A stretch of DNA of 34,217 bases, from positions 1-34,217 of the forward strand of contig DASWDH010000039.1 in assembly GCA_036395495.1 (NCBI GenBank), read 5' to 3'. Positions within the stretch are counted from its first letter, which is position 1. The number at the start of each line of letters is the position of its first letter. The notes beneath the pieces were generated by a model that ran no database searches, had not been told where the DNA came from, and worked only from the letters and a program-made list of their open reading frames with translations. Source of the DNA: Polyangiaceae bacterium (GTDB lineage Bacteria; Myxococcota_A; Polyangia; Polyangiales; Polyangiaceae). This document shows positions 17,966 to 25,623 of this stretch, one piece after another. The position numbers were made by a program, and so were the translations under genes.

Positions 17966-18545
17966 GCGATCTCACCTAGCACCATTGGTTGGAGTCTTGG
18001 TTCTTCTCGGTTGCTCCAAATCGCCGTCGGGAGAAGCCGCTCCGGCGGTATCGGCAACCGCGCCAGCGTCTTCGACGAGTTTGCCGGCCGATCAGCCGCC
18101 TTCCCAGGCCGAAAGTGCCGCGTTGCCCGTTGCCACGATGGCGACTGCCTCTGCTGCGCCCACCGCGCGCCCGGCGCGCGAGCCAGCGGCGGCCCCCAAG
18201 CCTTCGTCCGCGCCGGCGGCGCCCAAGGCGGATACGTCGGCGGGGGCCGGCCCGAAAACCTTTGCGTGCGGGAACAAGGGCCAACCGCCCTGTCCGACCC
18301 AGCGCTGGATGAAGACCAACATGGCTCCCGCTGCTGCGAATGGCGATGCTCCGGAGCTTGCCAAGTTGCTCGACTACGTGGCGTCGCACGCCCCCGCCGG
18401 ATTGCCCAACTGGGCCACCATCAGCAAGAGCGGCGCCGCGAAAGCTCGCGCTGGCGATGTCGATGGCGCGAAGGCCTCCTGCAAGGCGTGCCACGATCAA
18501 TACAAGGCGAAATACAAGGCGGAGATGCGCGATCGGGACTTCTGA
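17964..18545 (+). CDS. lipoprotein with a C-terminal CXXCH haem-binding motif (class II cytochrome c-like)
   Basis: ATG at 17964 gives MRSHLAPLVGVLVLLGCS with lipobox LLGC (Cys codon at 18012-18014). A long Pro/Ala/Ser linker follows. The helical C-terminal domain ends in CKACH (18480-18494). The track start at 17853 lies antisense inside deoA and is rejected. Confidence 0.7.
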   Translation: MRSHLAPLVGVLVLLGCSKSPSGEAAPAVSATAPASSTSLPADQPPSQAESAALPVATMATASAAPTARPAREPAAAPKPSSAPAAPKADTSAGAGPKTFACGNKGQPPCPTQRWMKTNMAPAAANGDAPELAKLLDYVASHAPAGLPNWATISKSGAAKARAGDVDGAKASCKACHDQYKAKYKAEMRDRDF

Positions 18546-18573
18546 AGGTGCGAGGCACGGAGACAGCACCGCC

Positions 18574-19701
18574 ATGGCCGTCCGTTTTCCACGTCTGATT
18601 CAAAAGGATCCTGGGCCACAGAGGCTCGTCGGCCGCCCGCGAGGTCGGTTCACCCAGCACAGGCGTCTCGACAAGCTTCGCCTGTTGCTCGAGCACCACC
18701 CCAAAGGAATGACGCTCTACGAGCTCGCGCAGGAGATTGGCGTGACGCCGCGATCGATGCGTCGGTACCTGAAAGAAGTATCGTCGGAGCTCGAGCTCGA
18801 ACCGGTGCCTACCCGGGCGGGAGGAGCCTTGCGGTGGCGCATCCGTTCGGGGGAGCTCCCGAGGAAAGTCGAGCTCCGGCGAACGCAAGCCTACGCGATT
18901 CTGGCGGCTCGCCGGCTCTTCGAGCCGATGAAGGGATCGGCGCTTTTCGACGAAATCGAGATGGCGACGCAGCGGCTTCTCGCGCTGGCCCAAAAGCCGG
19001 GCCGCGGCCCGAATGCGGGGCTCGCCGATGCTCGGCTCGAAGATCGTTTTCTTTACCTGCCGGTTGCCCCCAAGGACTACAGCGCCAAGACCGAAGAGCT
19101 CGACGACTTGTTCCAGGCCGTCGCCGACCTGCGTCCCCTCCGGTGCCGCTACCGCAGTGGCACGAGGGGCGGTGAGGAGACGGTCGTCATCCACCCGTAT
19201 GCGATGGTTCTTCACAAGGACGCCATCTATTGTGTCGGCCGGCATACCGGACGCGGTGAAATCCGCACGTTTCTCTTGGATCGCATGCGCGACACCGAAA
19301 CGAGCGTGCTCGAGCGTTTCGAGTTGCCCGCCGACTTCAAGGTCGACGATTACTTCCAAGGTGGGTTCGGCATTTGGCGGGGAACCAAGAGCGCGAGGGT
19401 GGTCGTCGATTTCGAAAGTTCCGTCGCCGAGCTGGTACGTTCGCGCCGAGTGCACCCATCGCAGAAACTGCTCACCCTGGCCGACGGATCGCTACGCCTG
19501 ACGATGACCGTCGGTGATCTCACCGAGCTGACTTCGTGGATTTTGGGTTGGGGAAAGACGGCGCGGGTCATCGAACCCGAGGAGCTGGTCAAAAAAGTCG
19601 AGGAAGAACTCGCCCAGGCACTTGCGCGCTACGTCGGTGGTCGGACCAAGCGTCCCGGCCGCGCAGACTTGGTCGACCGCGGCGGGGGTCGAAAGAGTTG
19701 A
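18574..19701 (+). CDS. WYL-domain transcriptional regulator (HTH-WYL-WCX architecture)
   Basis: ATG at 18574 is preceded by GGAG about 12 nt upstream. The HTH is MTLYELAQEIGVTPRSMRRYLKEV. The WYL core is VVIHPYAMVLHKDAIYCVGR...IRTFLLDRMRD. The C-terminal WCX-like segment is LTSWILGWGKTARVIEPEELV. Confidence 0.8.
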   Translation: MAVRFPRLIQKDPGPQRLVGRPRGRFTQHRRLDKLRLLLEHHPKGMTLYELAQEIGVTPRSMRRYLKEVSSELELEPVPTRAGGALRWRIRSGELPRKVELRRTQAYAILAARRLFEPMKGSALFDEIEMATQRLLALAQKPGRGPNAGLADARLEDRFLYLPVAPKDYSAKTEELDDLFQAVADLRPLRCRYRSGTRGGEETVVIHPYAMVLHKDAIYCVGRHTGRGEIRTFLLDRMRDTETSVLERFELPADFKVDDYFQGGFGIWRGTKSARVVVDFESSVAELVRSRRVHPSQKLLTLADGSLRLTMTVGDLTELTSWILGWGKTARVIEPEELVKKVEEELAQALARYVGGRTKRPGRADLVDRGGGRKS

Positions 19702-19768
19702 CATCCAGCCAGCGGGGCCGGAGTGTTTGTCAGGAGACGAGGGGCGTGGGAAGTTGAGGGTGGCGGAG

Positions 19769-21211
19769 ATGAACCTCGTGACGCTCAAGGTGGTGGAAGC
19801 AGAGGGGACCGCGTCCGGTTCGGCTCCCTCGCTCAAACCGGCCGTCGATCCGGCGAGTCTCGGTCACTTGCAGCTTCGATCCGGGGAGTTCTGGCGCAAG
19901 GTGCCGGCGTATGCCGACGTGGCCGAAGAGAAGTTTCTCGATCACTCGTGGCAGAGCAAGAATTCCATCACCCGAGTCGAGAAGCTGCTCGAAAGCCTGA
20001 AGGGCGTGGTTTCCGAACAGTTCGTGAAGGACGCCGAAGTGGGCTTTCAACGGGCGCCGATGAGCGTCCGGGTGACGCCCTACATCATGGCCCTCATCGA
20101 CTGGGAGAATCCGTACACTGACCCGCTGCGGACGCAGTTCATCCCGCTGGGGTCGCGTCTTTTACCCGACCATCCCAAGCTCGGCCTCGATTCGTTGCAC
20201 GAACAGGCCGATGCTCCGGTGCCGGGGCTGACCCACCGCTACCCCGACAAGGCCCTTTTCCTCCCGCTCAATACCTGCCCCGTGTATTGCCGGTTTTGTA
20301 CCCGCAGCTACGCGGTCGGCGTGGACACCGAAGAAGTGGAGAAAGTCGAGCTTCGCGTGAGCCCCGAGCGGTGGCAGCGCGCGTTTCATTACATCGCCTC
20401 GCGCCCGGAGCTCGAGGACATCGTCATCTCCGGTGGTGACGCGTACAACCTTCGGGCTACGCAGATCACCGAGATCGGCGAGGCCTTGTTGGCCATGCCC
20501 AACATCCGGCGCCTGCGATTCGCCACCAAAGGGCCGGCGGTGCTGCCCCAGAAAATTCTCACCGACGTGGCGTGGACCGACGCGCTCACGAAGATCGTCG
20601 AGCAGGGGCGCAAGCTGCACAAAGAGGTTGCCCTGCACACGCATTTCAATCACCCCGAGGAGATTACGTCCATCACTCAGCAGGCGATGAACCGCTTGTT
20701 CGAGCGTGGCATCACGGTGCGAAACCAGAGCGTGCTGCAGAGGGGCGTGAACGACACGGTCGCCACGATGAATCTTTTGGTGAAGCGCTTGGGACAAGTC
20801 AACGTGCACCCGTACTACGTTTACATGCACGACCTGGTCAAAGGCGTGGAAGACCTGAGAACATCGCTCGACACCGCCCTCACCATCGAAAAACACATTC
20901 GCGGCATCACCGCTGGTTTCAACACGCCGATGTTCGTCGTCGATGCGCCCGGGGGCGGTGGAAAGCGCGATGTGCACTCGTTCGAGCACTACGATCGAGA
21001 AACGGGCATCAGCGTCTTCACCAGCCCGAGCGTGCACTCCGACGCGTACTACTACTATTTCGACCCCCTCCATTTGCTCTCGCCCGAAGTGCAGAAGCGC
21101 TGGCGTAGCCCGATCGAGCAGGAAGCGATGATGGCTACCGCTTTGTCCCACGCCAAAGCGCAGATCCGAGCGACCCGGCGGCCTCCTGCCGCGACGCGAT
21201 CGGGCGGCTAG
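19769..21211 (+). CDS. KamA-family radical-SAM aminomutase (lysine 2,3-aminomutase-like)
   Basis: The CX3CX2C cluster is CPVYCRFC (20276-20299). Flanking KamA blocks are PVPGLTHRYPDKAL, VISGGDA, HTHFNHPEEIT, NQSVLQRGVND, HPYYVYMHD and VVDAPGGGGKR. ATG at 19769 has GAGGG 8 nt upstream. Confidence 0.85.
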   Translation: MNLVTLKVVEAEGTASGSAPSLKPAVDPASLGHLQLRSGEFWRKVPAYADVAEEKFLDHSWQSKNSITRVEKLLESLKGVVSEQFVKDAEVGFQRAPMSVRVTPYIMALIDWENPYTDPLRTQFIPLGSRLLPDHPKLGLDSLHEQADAPVPGLTHRYPDKALFLPLNTCPVYCRFCTRSYAVGVDTEEVEKVELRVSPERWQRAFHYIASRPELEDIVISGGDAYNLRATQITEIGEALLAMPNIRRLRFATKGPAVLPQKILTDVAWTDALTKIVEQGRKLHKEVALHTHFNHPEEITSITQQAMNRLFERGITVRNQSVLQRGVNDTVATMNLLVKRLGQVNVHPYYVYMHDLVKGVEDLRTSLDTALTIEKHIRGITAGFNTPMFVVDAPGGGGKRDVHSFEHYDRETGISVFTSPSVHSDAYYYYFDPLHLLSPEVQKRWRSPIEQEAMMATALSHAKAQIRATRRPPAATRSGG

Positions 21212-21219
21212 GCCACGCC

Positions 21220-22881
21220 ATGGAAGGCAAGGCTCGGGCCCGAATCGAGTTCGAAACCCAGCCCGATCGTTATCGGCACTGGAAGCTCTCGTTCCCCGAG
21301 GCCTACGGCGGGGATGTGGCGCGCCTGGCCCTCGACGTGCGCGAAGATGGCGGACTCTTTTCGGGATATGCGCTGAAGCTCAATTCGTACGATCTCGGCG
21401 TCGATATCGAGCTCGCCGACGCCCTCACCCGCATCCGGTTCGAGCACCCCGAAACCCGCGCGGTGGTGATCACCAGCGAAAAGCCGCGGGTGTTTTCCTC
21501 AGGCGCCAACATCTACATGCTCGCCACCTCGAGTCACGCCTTCAAGGTCAACTTCTGCAAATTCACCAACGAAACGAGGATCTACCTCGAAGAGATGAGC
21601 CGCGAGAGCAACATCCCGAGCCTCTGCGCGCTCAACGCCACGGCTTCGGGCGGTGGCTATGAGCTGGCGCTGGCATGTGACGAGATCCTCCTCGTCGACG
21701 ATGGGTCGAGCGTCGTGAGCCTTCCCGAAGCAGCCTCGCTCGGCGTCTTGCCGGGGACCGGCGGTCTCACGCGTCTTTCCGACAAGCGTAAAATCCGCGG
21801 AGATATCGCCGATGTTTTCTGCACGCTTGCCGATGGGGTACGAGGCAAACGAGCCGTCGAGTGGCGCCTGGTCGACGAGACGGTCGAAAAGAGTCAATTC
21901 GAGAAAGCCGTTCATCGCCGCCTTGCCGCGCTGAAAGCGCGCTCCCCCAAGAAGAGAGGGGAACGGCGCATCGATTGGCGCCCGCTCCAGGCGGAGCGCA
22001 CGGCGACCGAGAGCCGCTATCGTTACGTCACGCTGCGAATCGACGAAGCCGCTCGGGTGGCCAGCCTAACCGTCGACGGGCCCACCGAAGACCAACCGGC
22101 GACGATGCAAGCCATTCACGAAGCGGGCGTCGACCAATGGGCGCTTCGCGCGTTTCGCGAACTCGATGACGCGTTGCTCGATCTTCGATTCAATTTTCCG
22201 ACGATGGGGCTCTTGCTCATCGAAACCCGCGGCGACATCGAACGGGTGCGTCAGGTCGACCGCACGCTCGCCAGCCTGGCCGACGACCCTCTGGTCCGAG
22301 AGATCCTCCTCCACGCCAGACGTGTGCTGCGACGGCTCGAGATTACTTCGCGCAGCGTCTTTGCTCTCATTCGTCCAGGTTCGTGCTTTGCCGGCTCGCT
22401 GCTCGAGCTCGCCCTGGCAGCCGACCGTATCTACATGCTCGACGGCCAGCCCGCACCTCGGATGGGTTTCTCGCCGCTCAACGCGGGTGTCCTCGCGAAC
22501 TATGGCGGCATCTCTCGGCTCGAGGCACGGTTTGCCTGCGAGCCCGACCTCGCGCGCGAGCTCGCCGAGACGACGGACTTGCTCGACACGAGCGAGGCGG
22601 TTGGCCGGGGGATGGTCACATTTGCTCCCGACGACATCGATTGGGAGGACGAGATTCGGATGGCGATCGAGGAACGCACCAGTCTTTCGCCCGATGCGCT
22701 CACCGGCCTCGAGCAAAACCTACGCTTCGGTGGAAAGGAGACGATGGAGACGAAAATCTTCGGTCGTCTGTCCGCCTGGCAAAATTGGATCTTCCAGCGG
22801 CCCAACGCCGTCGGAGCCAGCGGCGCTTTGACGCGCTACGGTAAGCCGGAGCGACCCGAGTTCGATTTCGAAAGAACGTGA
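21220..22881 (+). CDS. boxC: 2,3-epoxybenzoyl-CoA dihydrolase / benzoyl-CoA-dihydrodiol lyase-like (crotonase superfamily, BoxC-like)
   Basis: 553 aa. Long blocks match my recollection of BoxC. These include YRHWKL, ALKLNSYDLGVDIELADA, FSSGANIYML..SHAFKVNFCKFTNETR, GGGYELALACDEILLVDDGSS and LPGTGGLTRL. Confidence 0.8.
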   Translation: MEGKARARIEFETQPDRYRHWKLSFPEAYGGDVARLALDVREDGGLFSGYALKLNSYDLGVDIELADALTRIRFEHPETRAVVITSEKPRVFSSGANIYMLATSSHAFKVNFCKFTNETRIYLEEMSRESNIPSLCALNATASGGGYELALACDEILLVDDGSSVVSLPEAASLGVLPGTGGLTRLSDKRKIRGDIADVFCTLADGVRGKRAVEWRLVDETVEKSQFEKAVHRRLAALKARSPKKRGERRIDWRPLQAERTATESRYRYVTLRIDEAARVASLTVDGPTEDQPATMQAIHEAGVDQWALRAFRELDDALLDLRFNFPTMGLLLIETRGDIERVRQVDRTLASLADDPLVREILLHARRVLRRLEITSRSVFALIRPGSCFAGSLLELALAADRIYMLDGQPAPRMGFSPLNAGVLANYGGISRLEARFACEPDLARELAETTDLLDTSEAVGRGMVTFAPDDIDWEDEIRMAIEERTSLSPDALTGLEQNLRFGGKETMETKIFGRLSAWQNWIFQRPNAVGASGALTRYGKPERPEFDFERT

Positions 22882-24314
22882 GAAGCCCGATGTCCGACGT
22901 CATCAATGACGACAGGATCCCCAACAACGTCAACCTCGCGAGCGACAAGAAGCTTCAGCGGGCGCTGATGCAGTGGCAGCCGAGATTTCTGGAGTGGTGG
23001 CGCGAAATGGGGCCCGACGGGTTCCAGGAGCACCAGGTTTTCTTGCGCACCGCGATCTCGGTGGACCACGAGGGTTGGGCGCACTTCGATTACGTGAAGA
23101 TGCCCGATTACCGCTGGGGCATTTTTCTCGCCGATCCCCTTCCCAACCGGACCATCGGCTTCGGTGACAATTTCGGCAAGCCGGTTTGGACGGAGGTGCC
23201 GGGCGAGCACCGAAACACCCTCCGGCGGCTCATCGTAACGCAGGGGGACACCGAGCCTGCCAGCGTCGAACAGCAGCGCGCGCTCGGCCACTCCTGTCCG
23301 AGTTTGTACGATCTGCGTAACCTCTTCCAGATCAACGTCGAGGAAGGGCGCCACCTCTGGGCCATGGCGTATCTGCTGCACTCGCACTTCGGTCGCGATG
23401 GGCGCGAGGAGGCGGACGGCCTTCTGACGCGACGCAGCGGCGATGTCGATCGCCCTCGGATTCTCGGCGCCTTCAACGAGCCGTGCACGGATTGGCTCTC
23501 GTTTTTCATGTTCACGTTCTTCACCGACCGTGACGGCAAGTTCCAGCTGCTCGCGCTGGCGGAGAGTGGATTCGACCCGCTTGCGCGCACGACGCGCTTC
23601 ATGCTCACCGAGGAAGCTCACCATATGTTCGTGGGGGAGACCGGCATCACCCGCATCGTGCGTCGTACGGCCGAATTGATGCAACGGAACGAGAGCGAAG
23701 ACGTGCGCCGTCTCGGCGGGATCGACCTGCCCACGATGCAAAAGTATCTGAACCTTTGGTACTCGGTTTCGCTCGACCTCTTCGGTGGCGAGATCTCGTC
23801 CAATGCGGCCTCGTTTTTCGCCGATGGGCTGAAGGGTCGAGCCAAAGAAAACACGTACCCCGATCATCGGGCGCTCGAAGCGTCCTATCCGCTCGAAGCG
23901 CCTGGGGGCGGTGAGTTCGTGCCGCAAGAGGTTCCTTTGCGGAACGCCATGAACGAGGTGTTGCGCGACGCCTACGTGCAAGATTGCCAGAGGGGCGTCG
24001 ACAAATGGAACGAGGTGCTCAAGAAGGCGGGAATCAGCTACCGCTTCGAGCTACCGAGCCGCCGTTTTCATCGCCGCATCGGCATCTATGCCGACGTCTT
24101 CACCGATCCGAAAGGCAATCTCATTTCGCGCGAAACGTTCGACAAGCAGCGGGACGCGTGGTTGCCATCGTCGGCCGACCAGAGCTACGTGAAGAGCTTG
24201 ATGACCAAGCCCATCTTCGCTCCGACCGAGATGGCAAATTGGATAAGCCCGCCTCCGCACGGCATCAAGGGGCGGCCCGTCGACTTCGAATACGTGCGGC
24301 GTGGCGAGGCGTGA
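22878..24314 (+). CDS. boxB: benzoyl-CoA 2,3-epoxidase (oxygenase) subunit B-like diiron enzyme
   Basis: Matching blocks include RIPNNVNL, LQRALMQWQP, YVKMPDYRWGIFLA and IVTQGDTEPASVEQQR. Further blocks are NVEEGRHLWAM, DWLSFFMFTFFTDRDGKFQL and FMLTEEAHHMFVGE, which carry the diiron ligand motifs (EExxH type). The GTG start at 22878 overlaps the boxC TGA (GTGA). ATG at 22890 is the alternative start. Confidence 0.85.
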   Translation: MRSPMSDVINDDRIPNNVNLASDKKLQRALMQWQPRFLEWWREMGPDGFQEHQVFLRTAISVDHEGWAHFDYVKMPDYRWGIFLADPLPNRTIGFGDNFGKPVWTEVPGEHRNTLRRLIVTQGDTEPASVEQQRALGHSCPSLYDLRNLFQINVEEGRHLWAMAYLLHSHFGRDGREEADGLLTRRSGDVDRPRILGAFNEPCTDWLSFFMFTFFTDRDGKFQLLALAESGFDPLARTTRFMLTEEAHHMFVGETGITRIVRRTAELMQRNESEDVRRLGGIDLPTMQKYLNLWYSVSLDLFGGEISSNAASFFADGLKGRAKENTYPDHRALEASYPLEAPGGGEFVPQEVPLRNAMNEVLRDAYVQDCQRGVDKWNEVLKKAGISYRFELPSRRFHRRIGIYADVFTDPKGNLISRETFDKQRDAWLPSSADQSYVKSLMTKPIFAPTEMANWISPPPHGIKGRPVDFEYVRRGEA

Positions 24315-24947
24315 TTATTGGGCGGCGCTGCTGGCCGCGACGGGATCGCGCGATTCGCGGTAACGGCGATAGTAGGTGAGGACCTTGACGACGTAGTCTT
24401 CGGTCTCGTCGTAAGGGGGAATGCCGCCGTGGCGGACCACGGCATGTTCGCCGGCGTTGTAGCCTGCAATGGTGAGCTCGAGGTCGCCGTTGAACATGTT
24501 GGCGAGGACCCGAAGGTAGCGCACGCCGCCCAAAATATTTTCGCGCGGGTCCATGATGTCGCGGACCTGCATTCGTTGGGCGGTTTCCGGCATCAGCTGC
24601 ATGAGTCCCTGCGCTCCCATCCTCGAAATGGCTCGCGGGTCGTAGTCGCTCTCGACTTTGATGACGGCGCGCACCAACTCTTCCGGAATCTGATAGAGGG
24701 ATGCCGCTTCGTGGATCACGTCGCCGTAGCGCGTGAAGCGCTCGGCCGATGAATCACCGGGCAGGACCCCACTGCGACGCTTGGCCACGGGGGACCGCAT
24801 GTAGAGCCGATAGTTGGCGTCGCGTCGTGGCGTGTCGGTGAAACTCGGCCTATCGTCACTCTCGGTGTAGTAAATGTCGGCCGAGGATAGCGTGGGCAAA
24901 AGGCCGAGGCCCAAAGCCACTATCGCCCAACCGTGATTTCTACGCAT
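24315..24947 (-). CDS. lytic transglycosylase (SLT domain), exported
   Basis: 210 aa with a signal peptide (WAIVALGLGLLPTLSSA). The SLT catalytic block is VIKVESDYDPRAISRMGAQGLMQLMPETA...AGYNAG. GGAG lies 7 nt upstream of the ATG at 24945-24947. Confidence 0.85.
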   Translation of the reverse strand: MRRNHGWAIVALGLGLLPTLSSADIYYTESDDRPSFTDTPRRDANYRLYMRSPVAKRRSGVLPGDSSAERFTRYGDVIHEAASLYQIPEELVRAVIKVESDYDPRAISRMGAQGLMQLMPETAQRMQVRDIMDPRENILGGVRYLRVLANMFNGDLELTIAGYNAGEHAVVRHGGIPPYDETEDYVVKVLTYYRRYRESRDPVAASSAAQ

Positions 24948-25034
24948 CTTTAGGCTCCGCCTGGTAGCGTAGCACGCCTCGGGCCAAGCCTACTTCGGCC
25001 GGCACGAAGGGGTGGCTACCGTGTAAGATTTTAT

Positions 25035-25043
25035 CCCCCCCCC
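25035..25043. repeat. C9 homopolymer tract in a divergent intergenic region
   Basis: Nine consecutive C are read directly (ttatCCCCCCCCCagcgggg). The tract lies 22 nt upstream of the ATG at 25065 and 88 nt upstream of the divergent lytic transglycosylase start. Confidence 0.9.
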
Positions 25044-25064
25044 AGCGGGGCGGACAAATTCTCC

Positions 25065-25595
25065 ATGTACGTATCTTGGCAGAAACTCCTGGTTGCGGGC
25101 GCGGCGCTCCTTTTCACCGGTTTTCTTTTATGGAAGTACCGCCCCACGCTGCCCCTGCCGCGATTCGCCCTACCTTGGCGGCGGGTTCGAAAAACGAGCG
25201 TCGTTGCGCTCGCCGAAGAGCTCCGGCTCGCGCGCGAGAGAGCTCGCAAGGCGAGCACGCCGCGCGAACGCGCCGAGGGCCTTTTGGCGGCTGCCGAGGC
25301 CGCGGCACGTGCCGATAACGGCGTCACCTCCGCGCTCGGTCTCTATCTGCGCGCCATGCGCGCCGATCCGACGTTCTGCGAGCCGCTTTCCGCGGTGGCG
25401 TCCCTCCTGCGCAAGGATCGGCCCGAGCTTCTGGAGACGGTCTTATGGCGCCGGCTTTCCCATCTTTCCTGGAAGGGAGACACCGCCCCGGCCGCCCGAT
25501 GCGCCGCGGAGGCACTGGCGTCCCTCTACCGGCGCGAGCTTCGCCACCGCGAACGCGCTCACGCCCTGCAAAAACTCGTCTCCTTTCTCGCCTGA
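25065..25595 (+). CDS. hypothetical membrane-anchored helical protein
   Basis: 176 aa with an N-terminal TM helix (LLVAGAALLFTGFLLW). The rest is Ala/Arg/Leu-rich and helical. GC3 is coding-like. I recognise no motif. Confidence 0.55.
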   Translation: MYVSWQKLLVAGAALLFTGFLLWKYRPTLPLPRFALPWRRVRKTSVVALAEELRLARERARKASTPRERAEGLLAAAEAAARADNGVTSALGLYLRAMRADPTFCEPLSAVASLLRKDRPELLETVLWRRLSHLSWKGDTAPAARCAAEALASLYRRELRHRERAHALQKLVSFLA

Positions 25596-25623
25596 AGAAA
25601 TTCACAGGCAGGCGAGGAGACGG

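Noticed and set aside
21437-21443. GGTTCGA matches (tRNA T-arm-like) at 21437-21443 and also at 10139-10145, checked while looking for tRNA genes
   Set aside because: Both lie inside well-supported coding sequences (boxC and the Ser/Thr kinase). They have no surrounding cloverleaf-compatible arms. No intergenic gap is large enough or shaped like a tRNA.
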